DNA of 61,781 bases, counting the filler, from Sphacelaria rigidula (Eukaryota), in the NCBI GenBank assembly GCA_964200075.2. It is 8 parts of 8 records of this genome, joined end to end, with 100 filler letters (N's around TTAATTAATTAA, not from the genome) between each part and the next. Parts side by side here need not be neighbours in the genome. Positions count along the whole stretch, not along the records: positions 23,207 to 30,841 come from CAXNAA020014002.1; positions 30,942 to 38,576 come from CAXNAA020014003.1; 6 more parts are not named here. One strand, given 5' to 3'. The notes beneath the pieces were generated by a model. The model ran no database searches. It had not been told where the DNA came from and saw nothing but the letters and a program-made list of their open reading frames with translations. Below, piece after piece: positions 23,969 through 36,976 of the stretch. Positions within the stretch are counted from its first letter, which is position 1, and each line of letters opens with the position of its first letter. A program made the translations under genes and the position numbers.

Positions 23969-25048
23969 CTGGAGAAGCAACAATATCAACAAAACCGAAA
24001 CACGCAAACACACAGTGATTCATTGTTGGGGTACGGTAAGAATGCGAGTCAGAGCACCCCCGTGCGCACGTTATAAAATCTCATTCCGTTATTCCCCTTT
24101 CACGCACCCCTGTGCGTTCGCTCCGCATTGTGCGTTCGCTCCGACCGACCCCTGTGCAGAAATCGATCAAAATCAGTTTGTTCTTGCTCTTTTAGTGCAA
24201 CCCCTGCGCGGTAACCCCGATGCGTGTGATACTGAACACCGTATTTATTTCCACAAGTGCAACGGGGCCCGCCACCGTGCCATACATGCAACATTAGGAC
24301 CTCGACGATATAAGAGCACTTCCAGGAACAGCTGCAGCTCAGCAAGTGCCCCGGGGCCCTCGCGGTGGCACGCACCCTCATGTCCGACAATTTCCCGGAT
24401 TTCTCGCGCCCCTGTGTAACCCTTGGCTGTCTTTGGAAGTGGCAATATCAGGAAACGAAGGAACTCATCGTAGCCTGCCGTCCATCCAGTTGCAAGATAA
24501 TCAGCACGCTTCAGGCCGAGCAATCTTAGTAGGATGCGGCCCGCCGTTCATGCGACTCGTCGAACACACGACGGCGCTGCTGCGCTTGGTGACTGAGAGC
24601 CTGGTCCGGCGAAAACCCGGCATGCTCCGCCCCAGCTTTGTAGGGATGCGAGGTCAACGGTCTTATGGCTACAATATTCAAGATCATGAGTGCACCGCTT
24701 GTGCGTTCGCTCCAACCCCTGTGAGTTCGCTCCGACCCCTGTGCCAGGGCCATCACCAGTGCCCTGACCCATGTCCTTTCAGTGCCGGGGGAACCTCCGG
24801 CGAATGGCCGCCCCTCACGTCATTTTCCAAACTGCGACTTCTTTACTATTTTCTTCTTTCCTAGTATCTTCATGATATTTGTTATTCATTTTGCATCGCG
24901 TCTCTGTGAATTGTTTCTGGGCTCGATTTTTTTTCTATGATTTTATTTTACCCTAGCTTGGGGTAGTTAGCCCGTGACCACGGAAGGCGTCTGTATCAGA
25001 TGCCCAGTACGGAGCACTGCGAAGATATCGGAACGGTTTTCAATGTGA

Positions 25049-25099
<51 letters not shown>

Positions 25100-26657
25100 G
25101 CGTGCGGTAGGCACCAAATGCTGCTACTTCCCTAACCGTATGCCGCCGCACTGTCGTGGTCAAAGCGGTAACATCGCCGGCTGTTGTGGGCCGAGTGGTA
25201 TTTGTGGGGTTCGAATCCAGACACGAATGTTTTTTGTTGCACCGATGGTCGTACTCGTCGTCGTGGAAAGCGTCATGATCCAATAAAATCCGATGGAGGA
25301 TTGTCCATGTGCTTCGGGAGTGGTAATGGCCACAATTCAATCAAAGTTCGATAAATAAATTGCAAAGGCAATTACTGTACTCCACCAGGGGAGCTATGGG
25401 TTGGTTGGTCCCTTGAGACAACGGATTCGTCTCGACGAGGGGAGGGAAGAGGGTGGAGGGCGGAGGGTGGGGTGGGGTTGAAGTATGAAAAGTATATACA
25501 CGTGTATATATAGAGATAGGCCGCCTGTCCCCAGTGATCCGATGGTGCATCTGAGATAATTGATAGATGATTGTGATTGTCGCACTTAAGCTGATCTCCA
25601 AGGAGTCATGATCCACCCATGGTCATCATCCACATAATAGACGCATCCACACAATAGACGCAACCGAGATGAAAGCAAGATGGAAACACTCGCTGAACAA
25701 CAGTGAAGAACACAGTTGTAGCACAGACAGTTGATTTGTTGATTAATTGATTGTGCTCCGTCTCTAAAGGGATGCGTGGTCAATGGTCAAATGACTAAGG
25801 CAAGCAACAAATGAGTACGCCCCCCCCCAGGGATCCAGCCGTGGTCACATGGTAGACGTATCCAAGGCAAAGGCAAAACTGATACACCTGCAAAAGAAAA
25901 AACTATGGGAAAGAGAAAAGTCGAACACAACGACACAGTCCACCAAGACGTGAAAGAAAAAAAAAGAATGAGTAAAAACTCAAGAAAAAGCAAAGCACAG
26001 AGGGGTAGACAACAAAAAAAAAACGAAGGAGAAAACAAAAAAACAACAAAACAACTATTAGGTCAGAAGAACGCGGGTTTGATTCCCGCTAGGTGCATTT
26101 AGGTTTCTCTGGGAAGTGGTTGATGTTCAAAACATGAGGAAGTGAGTATTAATAGCAAAACGAAGTCTTCATGACGGGAGTCGACGCGGAGTGAAAGTGG
26201 CGCTCCAATCCGCGATGGCACATTGCAAGGCGTGTACCGGGGGGAATATGATGAGTTGATCCTTCGAAACCATGGACTGCCTCGTCCCGAGGAAGGGATG
26301 GGTTTCAACGTGTACCGACGAAAAATAACACTGGAGATAAGCTAACTTGACTTTTTCGGGTGCAAGAAATGATCAACAGTGAAGAGTGGTCAGAATGCCA
26401 ATGTTCGTACTCAGGCCTCACAACGTTTGCTTTTCTTCTTTCCTTGAATGATGTCCCTCCTCTCGAGCTTCTCCCTTCAGCGAATATTCACGATGATCGT
26501 TCCAAACGTCCGGCTGGAAAAAAGTCGGTTGAAAGTGACTTTGTTTTTCGCCCAGGGATATTGGTGAGAATGAATCACTGCAAAAACGTTCGATGCCAGA
26601 GTTTGAGGATAGAGAAAAATCGGCATATTATCCGACGCGGATCCCGAGAGGAAAATC

Positions 26658-27043
26658 CAAGGTTGAGTTATGTAGGGTACGTTTTTTTTCACACCCAGGG
26701 TAGTACCCGGGTATGTCCCGTACTGGACACTTCTGTGTGTTCTGTAAGCCTCTCATAGCGGCACCCGATTGTTCTGTGGGCTCTGTACGCCTCTCGTACC
26801 GGCACCCAACAGCTCCGTAAGATCTGTTCAAAACTTGCAACTTCCTCCGAGGTATGGGGTATGGGTATACCCTTTCAGAAATACCCGGTTACGGGTGAGG
26901 GTTCCTGTACAACTTCCATACTGTACCCAAAAGGGTTTGTAAGTTCTGCGAGACTTTCATACCGGCACCCGACAGATCTGTAAGTTCTGTGAGGAATCTT
27001 AAACCTTGTCAGCGGTACCCGTATCTTGTAGAACACAACCTTG
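26658..27043. mobile_element. hAT-type MITE with CAAGGTTGTGTTCT TIRs (family also at 44568-45011 and degraded at ~29780-30191)
   Basis: Ends are caaggttgagttat and agaacacaaccttg. Internal motifs gttctgt and gtacccg are repeated. Confidence 0.75.
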
Positions 27044-30000
27044 AAAAATCATTCGTGAACTTTTAACAGGACTAATGGGCTAACCCGTCTTCCGGGGCCT
27101 AACGAGTGCGCATCCTCGTGTCATGGCCACTCGATACCTTCAGTTGATCGAAGTAAACTTAATCGCTGTGGTTCATATCCGCAAGACTTACCTTTTTCAA
27201 CCTCTAGCTATTCCTTGCGAAAAAAACGAAGACCGCGTGGTAGAACCATACAGTAGTACGGTTAATAACACCCCTTTTCTATCTGGTTTATCTGGGGTGC
27301 GTCTATCGTGTGACCAGGGCTGCGTCTCTCGTGGATCAGTTAATGGACGAGAATAGATCAAGACACACTGCAACAGGTGCTTGCCTCGTATTTCCCCGAC
27401 AACACGATGTCGGGAAATATTTCCGGCGAACGACCCATTTCATTCATGAATACCTGCGGATTATAGAACTTTCCGATTGAAAATCAAAAGAGTCCGCGTA
27501 AAATTCCGGGCCCAATTTGTTTTCCTCGCTCGTTCTACTATGATACTGTATGTACATACCGTTGAGAATATCCATCTTGTAAGCAGGAGTGGATTAGTCG
27601 TAGATTAGTCTAAAATGTGCAGGGATAAACCGATCAATCCATCGGTCATTTTATTCAAAACAAAACCTTTTCAACGCCAGGAAGAAAAAAGAGAGAAAAA
27701 ACACGTGAGGTAAACAAATCCACGGCATATCCATTTCGTCATATTGTCGGAATAAACACGAGCTTACGCATGGAAACCATCAACATTAATCGATTAATCG
27801 TAGTAGTCTGTACTGCTGAATCATGCCGTGCGGTGAAGACGGAAGCATCGTAAAAGAGAAAAAAAATGAAATGGGAGGAAATGGAAAAAGGAAGAAATGT
27901 AGGCAATCGTGATTCGTTTTTTTTTCAATTAGTAATACTACTATATTCACCTATGAATGGATTAAGTTGTTGTCGTCGTGTTCACATTAGAAACCGTTCT
28001 GATGTCTGCGTAGTACTTTGTACTGGATATTGTATGCGGACCCTTCCCGTGGTCACAGGCTAACTGCCCAAAATGAGCTAGAGGAAATAAAAAAATAGAA
28101 TCGGACTCGAAAAAATTCACACAGACGCGATACAAACATATTGATACGCATATCACTCACCTCACAAGTAAGTAAGTTTGAAAAATTTCGTGTCTTGAGA
28201 TCGTCTTTGGTGCGGGACGTGTTTGATCGTGTTCCATTTTTTTTAAATCGATCAAGAAAACCGAAACACGAATCGATCGAATAGATAAAATATGTAATGA
28301 GGGAAAATATAGGTATACATTTGGGTGAAGGGATAAACGGTTGATTTTTTCTTGCATTTGAACTAAACAAGACCGAACAAACATTGCAGGGGTCGGATGG
28401 ATTATGATTCCTCTGACGGTTATTCGTGAAAGCGATACGTACGGTACAAATCAATTTTTGGCCCAGGTTTAGGCGTTGCACCGGAGGTACACGCACCCCC
28501 GGCATGAGGAGTAGCGCAACATCTGCGCAGACTTTTTTTAGCCGCGGTCAACTTTTTTTTTTCTCTCCCGGGCACTCTGGCCTTAGGTACCGTAGATATG
28601 GTGATTTGAAACAACGATCGTTTGTGCAACCCTTAAAGCAGCTTGATATTTCTTCTCAGGCAATCGTTTTATGCCGTAGACAGATCAACCAAACCAAACA
28701 AATGACGAAGATATTCTCGCTACGGGGTAACCCGTACTTGCTGGTTGTTGTTCGTCGAGTGTTCTTTTGTTCTGTGTTCTTCCTTGGTTTTGTATATTTT
28801 GTATGTCCGTGAGGAAGTAAAGAAACGAGGGACAGATACGTTGATGACAGGCAAAAAAATGTTTTTTGCTTCGGTCGTTGGCTGGGCGATTGTTGGAGAC
28901 ACGTATGCATGTACTTGAAATTCGTTTCAGCTATCGGGTAAGGAGTAACGAAAAAAAAAAAATACATCGATACACGGATTGATGGCTTGATGGATGGCTT
29001 ACTTAATGATTGGCTTGATGGACAGGTTGATGGATGGATGGGTGGATTAATTGATTGATTGATCGATTGATCGATTGATTGATTGTCGCACTCTAACTGA
29101 ACCCCTAGGGGTCATGATCCAGCCGCAGTCTCATGATAGACGTACACAAGAAAAACAAAACTGAAAAACGTGCTGAAGAAAAAAAGGAACAGAAAAAAAA
29201 AAGAGAAAAAAAGATCTTACAGAACGACGCAGTAGACTAAGAGGTAACAAAAACAAATACTAAAGAAGTGAACAAAAGCAAATTGTGGGTGGGTGGGTGG
29301 GTAGGTGGGTGGACGAATTAATTGACTGATAATTGATTTTTTTTTTTAATTTATTCACTGGTTATCGCACACCAAGTTATCCGCTACAAAATGCAGCCGT
29401 GATCAGTCACGAGACAGACACGCAGGAGTATCCAAGATGAACAAAAAACGGGAGCACTCCATGAAAGGAAACTCCAGAAGAGGTGAATTCAATTTCTCAA
29501 AACAGGAGGAAACTCACTCGGTAGGCTCAAAATATGGAAAGATGATGATTGTATCTGGGGTCATTCTGGTTCGTTGGTTGGTAGAATTATTGCTGGATTC
29601 ATGAAATGACCTCGCTCACACTCTTGACTTTCTGGGGGAGAGGGAGGGGGGTGCACACGTGTTGAAGAAATGTGGCGGACGGAACATTGTACCAAAAAAC
29701 AACAGGCAGCTCACAACCCACCGCAACCAAAGATGCAGGGGCACCGTATCTCATCACCGGCTCACTGACCATTCAACTGGATGTTCTTGGAATCTTGAGC
29801 GTTCGAATTCCGAAATTGCGTTGCATTCTGTGTTTCAGGAAACAATATTCGAAAGCCGTCCTCTGTAGACTACGGACATATTCGATAGGGTACGAGATTT
29901 CTTGTAAAACTTGCAGAACTGTCGGGTACCGCTGTGGAAGTTTCAATAACAGAACCAACACAGCCTGTCGGGTACGGCATAGAGCTTGTACAAAAAACCC

Positions 30001-30228
30001 TACCCGCAACCGGGCATTTCTACACGGGTATGCCCGGACCCCGGGTAAAGGTCAATACGTCATATAAATCTTACAGAATTGTCGAGTACCTGTATGAGAG
30101 GCTTACAAAACTCACAGAACTCTCGGGTATTGGTACAGCCGGATAGATACCCCAGGTATACAAAACTTGTGCCCTGGAGAACACAGCCCTTCCATATTCG
30201 ACCACCCCACTCCTTTACAGCAACTCAC

Positions 30229-30312
30229 CGGATGACGACGGCGGTGGGCGGATAGAGCATCAGCATTGCCGGGAAGATTGGTTCGCTGTTGTCTGAGTAC
30301 CGCACACTGTAT
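30229..30312 (-). CDS. XDH: Xanthine dehydrogenase exon immediately upstream of 23869-23968 (linker before the FAD domain)
   Basis: aacaacag|A TAC...ATC CG|gtgagt encodes YSVRYSDNSEPIFPAMLMLYPPTAVVI, with the XDH EPIFP motif. The phase-2 donor joins the phase-2 acceptor at 23968 to give ...VVIRGKSVSW. The acceptor choice is slightly uncertain. Confidence 0.82.
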
Positions 30313-31329
30313 CTGTTGTTATCCATGCAAAAAAACAAAAAAACAGTTGTAGAAATTGGAAAAGAAAAAACGGAAAATCCATCAGTATCGAGAAAAATAT
30401 TGCATGCACACGCTGTACGTGATCATTTTCATTAAAAATCCAGACAGTTTGCAAGGCAAAACGTTCGTAATAAGGACAAACGAGTAATACCAGAGGCAGC
30501 AGAAACAAAAAGAACAACAAGATTGACTAATTGGTCGACTGTCGCACTACCTCAACTAATCCCAGAGGAACCCATCCGAAGATTCACGTACCTAGGGTAG
30601 ACAAAACGGAAACATGAGTTGAAGAAAAGCGAAGAGAACAGTACGATGGTGCGGACGAACAGTAACGCTGACAATAACGCGAACAGTAGAAGCAACAGCA
30701 ACAGCAACAGCAACAGTGTACCAAATCAGATTCGTGGAAAGCAAATTGCCACCCCACCATTTAGGGACACCGCACAATAAAGGGATACAGTAGTCAGCGT
30801 CAGAAGTATGCAGAATCCGTAATTTCGTAGTTTTTCAAAGANNNNNNNNNNNNNNNNNNNNNNNNNNNNNNNNNNNNNNNNNNNNTTAATTAATTAANNN
30901 NNNNNNNNNNNNNNNNNNNNNNNNNNNNNNNNNNNNNNNNNAAGATTGCTCGGCCCGAAGCCTACTGATTATCTTGCATTTGGGTGACAGCCTACAATAA
31001 GTTGCTTTATTTTATGGTATCGCTACTTCCAGAGACACCAGAGACAGCCACAGCTTTTACACTGCCTCATGGGTGTCTAACCGGGGGGGAGGGGGGGGTC
31101 CGATTCCACGAAAAAATGTGCTGATAGATGCCTCAAACGACCTAAAACACACGTGGTGCGCTTGTATTTGGGTTAAAACGGTGCAAAGTAGTATGAATGA
31201 CCGTTATTTATCGGGAGCAAGCGCGTTCGAATAACTGTTAGCTGCTTTCAACGGCGATTGAAGTGGAATTCCGTGGAAGAAAACGGCCCAAAATACCCCC
31301 CCCCCCTCCCATCCCCTATCGTAGCATGA

Positions 31330-31470
31330 CTCCGGGGTTTCGCTGGATGTTCGACAATAGGGGACAGCCGCATCTCGAGACCGACGGCCTGTGCTGGGTG
31401 CTTAAAGCTGTGGCACTGCGTATCGGGCAAGCAGCAAACCCACTGGAACGTCACTCCCTGTCGATGATGT
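31330..31470 (+). pseudogene. Possible tyrosine-recombinase C-terminal fragment (DIRS/Crypton debris)
   Basis: DNRGQPHLETDGLCWVLKAVALRIGQAANPLERHSLS resembles the LK..A...G......HSLR box of YR proteins, but the catalytic Arg is missing. Confidence 0.3.
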
Positions 31471-32449
31471 ATGGGCGAAACGCTGTAGGTAGACGAAGAT
31501 TTACCCGTATCTGCTACCTGGGCAAAACTGACATGGGTTTTTTTTTCTGCGAAGCCGGGATTCAAAAGATGCGAAGAGTCGCACTGTAGGATGAATACTT
31601 TGTGACTTATTTGCCGTTCTCGGGAACACAAGACAGCCGTTGTACACATTTCGAATGTATGCAGCTGGGTACTTAAGACTTGAGTCGAGTTTTGCGCTTG
31701 AGTAGAGTAACATAACCTCATTCGGAAACTTGAAGTCTAGAGCAAGCAAGATTCTTCTCACAGACTTGAACCTCGGATGTTGCTTGTGCCTGACGGCTGT
31801 TGACTGCCAGCCGAGCGGATTTAATCGTTGGGTTATAGTCTTTGAGGACATAAAAAGTTAGTGAAGGCAAACAAAACCAACGACGACAACAACAACAAAT
31901 AACAAGACCGGTAAAGACGATGAGGACGAGAAAAGAGTATGTTGAAACCACTCGAGGAAAGAAGAGGGAAAAAATAGGGGAAGGTATATAACAAATGAGC
32001 AAAATATCTGGTAAACTCGTAAGAGGAAGTATTGGCAGCCGTTCTGGAGAGCTTTGGGCTGCATGCTTGACATTCAGATTCGTTATCACCTCTCAGTTGG
32101 TCCAAATACTGTGTAGATGGGGTAGGAGTGGCACCCGACGTCAATACACGTTCCGCCAGACTAAAACACAACTGTTGCTGGAAACCTCTTGGCTGTGACC
32201 GGAGGCTAGGCTATGGGCACTTCTCCATGAACGAAAGTCGACCTCGCGAAATGTTCCCTACCATGCACGGTATCGTCAGCGCTTCACTGCGATTGGGCGA
32301 GTGCTCACGGTTCGACGGGACTGGACTGAGGAACTAACCCCGTGGTGAACTCCTATTTGAACAAACCAATCCCGCGCGTTGCCCTAGGAGAGTCACTGCC
32401 TGAAAAGTGTGCACATTGTACTGATGCTGACGACCAGCTAACTGCTTTC

Positions 32450-32893
32450 AACAGTCGATCATCGAAATTGAGGATGGAGGTTTTCATTGAGGATGAGAAC
32501 CCGGAGGATTTCAATCTTCGTATCCACACCACATCTTCGAAATATGGCTCCATTCCTTCGCCTACTGATAGCTTTTGACAGGTACTACACGTCATACAAA
32601 TTGTGATTTCGATAACCGAAATATTGGGGGCCCAGGTGAAAAACCAACTTGGGGGAATTTAGGCGATCTGATCGGATCGCCGAAATTCCCCAAAATTGTC
32701 TCGTCATCAAGGACCCCAACATTTCGGTTATCGAAATCCAAATTTGTAGGGCGTTTAGCAGTTGTCAAAAGCGACCAGTAGGTGAAGGAATGGAACTATA
32801 TTTCGAGGATTTGGCGCGGATACGAAGATTTTCATCCTCCGGGTTCTCATCCTCAATGAAAAGCTCTATCCTCAATTTCGATGATCGGCTGTT
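32450..32893. mobile_element. ~440-bp foldback element, almost entirely palindromic
   Basis: aacagtcgatcatcgaaattgaggat...cattgaggatgagaacccggaggat mirrors atcctccgggttctcatcctcaatg...atcctcaatttcgatgatcggctgtt. The centre is ggggaatttaggcgatctgatcggatcgccgaaattcccc (~32652-32690). Confidence 0.88.
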
Positions 32894-33649
32894 TTTTACT
32901 CGCCGTGAATGACAACACGCGATTTTGTCGGCGGTGACGTTGGGATTTTAGTCATCGCGCTTGAAGAAGTCAGCATGCGGTTCGGTTTGATTCGTCGGGT
33001 GTACACGGCCGGCATGGCATGCCCAATCACCGGCTGATATTTCGTTTTCAGTGTGATAAACTGGTGCTAGCGACGCCATGTCTTACCGCGAGATCAAAAC
33101 GAGAAGCGGAAAGAATAATCAAGCGCTGTTGATTAATCGCCGCAACCATAGACTCACCCGGTGATCAATCAACATGCTGCTTTTGGGCGCTTGTTCCTTC
33201 TCCCACGTCTTTTTTTTCACTCGATAACGCCAGGCCTTACGTGACTGACGTTGCACAACAATGACTGTCCTTCGTGAGCTAGCTAGAATGATTTTATGTC
33301 ATCCAACCTTTGCAGTCCTTTCGGCCGGCAGGTTGTGTCGAAGAGCTTTGCGCACCCACATATATTGATGCAAAGGTACAGTAGTCCAAATATGAAATTT
33401 GGAACAAAATATCCGAGTTTACAGTCTTGGTATGCATGATTTTTTCGGGAGCCGGAATAGTCTACCCGATCCGTGGTTGATGACTCAACGGGTAACGCGG
33501 TGTATTATTTAGGGGGGTAGCTGTCTTTTTCACCTTGTTTGTGCTGTACTATCCGTGTCTGTGAGCGATGGGCGTGGTTCACGGTTGAAAAATGAATCCC
33601 TGAGTTGAATCATCGTGTTGTATTATCGTAGGTGTCTGCCATCGTCAGC

Positions 33650-34258
33650 GAGAGATTATCCAGAAGCTACTCCTGATGGCGACCGTCGACCATGGTGAGA
33701 CCGACTGGGTATGAGTGCCATGGTATGAGTGTGTGGGTCACAGCTACGCTGCCAGAAAGTTGTGAAGATCACGCGAAGGCTCAAAGGATGAACAATTTTC
33801 ACTTGCGATAAAGTATGGCATGTCGAGAGATATCACGAGCCTGTTTCAGTACAACGGAAGTCGCAGATAGGTGGAAGTAAGTTTCATGGGTGGGGCCGCG
33901 GCTGAAACCCACATAACTGCGGCCTTCATATATAAACTTTGAGCGCTCAGCCGCGGCCAGTCATCGCTTTGCATGAGTCTCTGCACTGGTCGGTAAACGG
34001 CGAGTTCTGAAACTTTGAAAAAAGTCCGGCTTGGTCATGAAAACTTTCATGTCGGTCTTCCTTTTCATTCCATAAAAAAAACTGATTTGGGCTTTGTGAT
34101 CGTTTCGAGCCATCGCTTGCTGCATGGGTCTCGTCAAGATTGAGGAGAAAACGGGAAATACGTACCCGCCAGAGGTCAAAATATTTCTCTCTTGAACGAA
34201 TAGCTTGAAATTTTTCTTTCATATTATTTCGCTTTTTCTCAATCGATGCTGACTTCAC
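33650..34258 (-). pseudogene. Possible pogo/Tc1-mariner DDE transposase remnant
   Basis: LLNLDET (~34128-34148) matches the first catalytic N.DET motif. Downstream frames are broken. Confidence 0.28.
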
Positions 34259-34298
34259 GCTCAGTCACTTCGTACCTGCCCCTGCGGAATAGCTATAT

Positions 34299-34840
34299 AT
34301 GATTGATTTGATTTGATTTGATTTGATTTGATTTGATTGTCGCACTTTAACTGACCACGCATGGGTCCAGCCGTGGTCGCATGATAGACGTACCCAAGGA
34401 AAGCAACACTGAAACACTCGCTCAAGAAAAGAAGGAACAAGAAATAGTCGAACGAAACGACATAGTAGAGAGGCGTAAAACAAAAAAAGTCAACAAAAAC
34501 AAAGCACAGAAAGAGATGGCCGACTTAAAAACAAAAAGGAGCAACAAAAAACAAAATGGAATACAATAGCTAAAAAGGAAAAGACCCAAGAGATTTAGGG
34601 CAGCAGAGTAGATACAGACCCACACCCGTGGGCACCGCAGAGCCGCTGACCAAGGACATAATCAACAACCAATATGAGCAGACAGGATTCTTCGACGGGC
34701 GGCCTTCGACGCAGCAGCCTCTCGCTTGTGACGGCGGTCTGATTCTCGTTTGTCCGCGCGTCCCCACGTGTCCTCAAGCTCTTCCGCTCCTTTTTCGACT
34801 CCAGTATGCCATTTGCCCATGTTCTTCGCAGCAGTGACAT
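34299..34840 (-). mobile_element. 5'-truncated RTE-clade LINE with a (CAAT)n/(CAAAT)n tail; shorter copies at ~25560-26050, 27270-27360, 29040-29285, 30525-30610, 48930-48982, 55190-55484, 55543-55860
   Basis: AAKNMGKWHTGVEKGAEELEDTWGRADKRESDRRHKREAA (ORF 34662..34865) resembles the RTE ORF C-terminus. A T-rich 3' UTR follows, ending gtacgtctatcatg.gaccacggctgga...cagttaaagtgcgac(aatc)n. Confidence 0.75.
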
Positions 34841-35032
34841 ATGTCAAGCGAGAATCATTCGACATGACCTACTTGTGTCCTCCGTAGAAGACATCGGTAT
34901 ATACAGAAAGCAAGGGTGTAGCATGCTCACCTTGAACAGCTCATCACGTTGCCAAAAGGGTACTGCGTACAGTATAGACTATGGCGCCTACTGCAGTGAT
35001 GGACAGTAGATCCCATACTGTTATAGGTTGCT

Positions 35033-35272
35033 GCGCCCCGGTGGTGTATTGGTCCGACTGTCGCCATTAGGGTGGAGAGAGCGAGGGTTCGATTTCCGAT
35101 GCGTCGGTGTTTCGGTTCGTAATGTCTTGTTTCCACCGTGGGAAGCGTGAGAACGTGGTTAAACGAAGGAGTCGACTGAGTTTGTTTAACGTGAGTTGAC
35201 GCGGTGCGGGAGTGCTGACCCAAGGCGTGTACCGGGGGAGAGATGGGTTGATCCCTCGAGACCACGGACTCA
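35033..35272 (+). mobile_element. tRNA-derived SINE (second copy 52928-53199 -, degraded copy ~26060-26285 +)
   Basis: The head gcgccccggTGGTGTATTGGtcc...gaGGGTTCGATTTCCg carries Pol III A and B boxes. A shared ~170-bp body follows, ending gatgggttgatccct.gagaccacggactca. Confidence 0.78.
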
Positions 35273-36424
35273 TCATGAGGCAGGAGAGGCTTTCAAAAGT
35301 GCGAGAAATGAAATAATAAAATAATAAAATAATATGACGTACTCCGTTTCGTGATAATATATAATATTCTTTGAGGGTGTTTTACCTTACAAAATAGTCG
35401 GTCTAGTGCGTGCGGGCATCGTGAAAACTTTGATTCTCGTATACAACACTGCTTGCACACGTCAAAGCCTAAGTTGATGGAGAAATGTGTGAGCACGCTT
35501 CTGCATTAGGGTCAGTTTAAGCAGCTATCGTTTTGTGTGCACAAAATACTATTTAGTGCAAATTTTACAGGCAGCGTTGCTCGGTCATAAACCACCCGTG
35601 CTGTTTTCCTCAGAAATGAGAGTATGCATAGTGTCCTTACCCCAATAATGGCTGCTCAAAATGGCCGTTGCCAAAGTTGTTTCTCGGAAAGCGTGAGATA
35701 TTTGTGTGTTCGGAGGGAAAAAATCATTCCGTTCGTAGGAGGTCAATGAAGACGTTCGAGTACTCTAGTCTGACCAGGGGTGCACACCGCAGTCTACATC
35801 GTCATCGCAGTTCAGCACGGGGGGGGAGTGCGCAAAGGGATGACTGCTTGGGAGGTGTCAAAATTTTGCACGGGGTTCCGGGCTCGCTCCAGTTACCTCT
35901 CCGTAACTGCAGTCAAGCTATTGTCATTTCATGTGGACGTGCGGAGTTTCAGCTGACGTGAACTGCACCTTGGATAGGTGTAGTTCATCGTGACCCGATA
36001 TCATGCCCCGAAGTGTCACATCAGAGTGTAACTAACCACTTACCAAGATTCGCAGAAATGTCGACGTTATCATATATTTCGCTGGTAAATAATCTTCACC
36101 CGATCAGAGAGTGCTACACCTGATATATTGTGGCGGCTGCCTGAACCCTCAGCGCCTATCGATACTCTGATTCGGGGCGTTTTTCGGACCCAGATAAAGA
36201 TGTTCTACACTCGCTGGGTAGGGTGATTCGGAGGGGTATCTGGACATTGTTGCCATGGCATGCAGGAGAGGGTTTCGATATGAGTGGCTGCGTCTCCCTG
36301 CACCCTCTCCAGTGGCTCGGTAGCTTGTACCCTCGGATCAGCCACGAGGCTGACTACGCACCGTTCTCAATCAAATTCCTTGCGGGCTGCCGGGCTTCGC
36401 TACAGTCTTGCATCATCGTGCAAC

Positions 36425-36976
36425 ACCCATGATGTATCTGGACACACATCTGAGGTATACATAATGGATATGAATATACATCGTGGATATGGATATCCAT
36501 CTGGGGTATCCATCATGCGTATGGGTACCCATCCGGAATATCCATCTGAGACATTTATCGATCATAACATCCATCTCTTGGGGGTGAGGGTTACGGTTAG
36601 GGCTGAGATTACAATTAGGGTCAGGGTTAGGATCAGGATCAGGATCAGGATTAGGTTTAGGGTAGCATCTAACTGGATGATGGATATGCATTCATCCAGG
36701 ATGGAGATCCATGATGAATATTTACACCCATGGTGGACATCCGAATCCATGATAAATATCCATATTCAACATGGATGTCCCAGGTGGATATCTCAGATGG
36801 ATATCCCGAATGGACATCCATGACGAACTTTCACACCCACCATGAACATTCATCATGGATACCCATCATGAACACCCATCATGGATATCCATATGCGAAG
36901 TATATCATGGATCAGATACGTACGATCATATCTATGATGGGTATCCCATATGGATATCGATATCCATCATGGATAT
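36425..36976. repeat. Degenerate array of palindromic (CA)TGGATATCCA(TG) units with an embedded telomere-like tract (36581-36664)
   Basis: Many tggatatcc and catcatgga motifs are present. The embedded tract reads gggtgagggttacggttagggct...ttagggtcagggttaggatcaggatcaggatcaggattaggtttagggta. Confidence 0.8.

Noticed and set aside
18849..30312. KH gene nested in, or fused to, the XDH gene (same strand, adjacent)
   Set aside because: The two are separated by the artificial spacer at 23107-23206 and lie on different contigs.
35033..35105. Functional tRNA gene
   Set aside because: There is no convincing acceptor stem or cloverleaf, and it continues into a body shared with other dispersed copies, so it is a SINE head.
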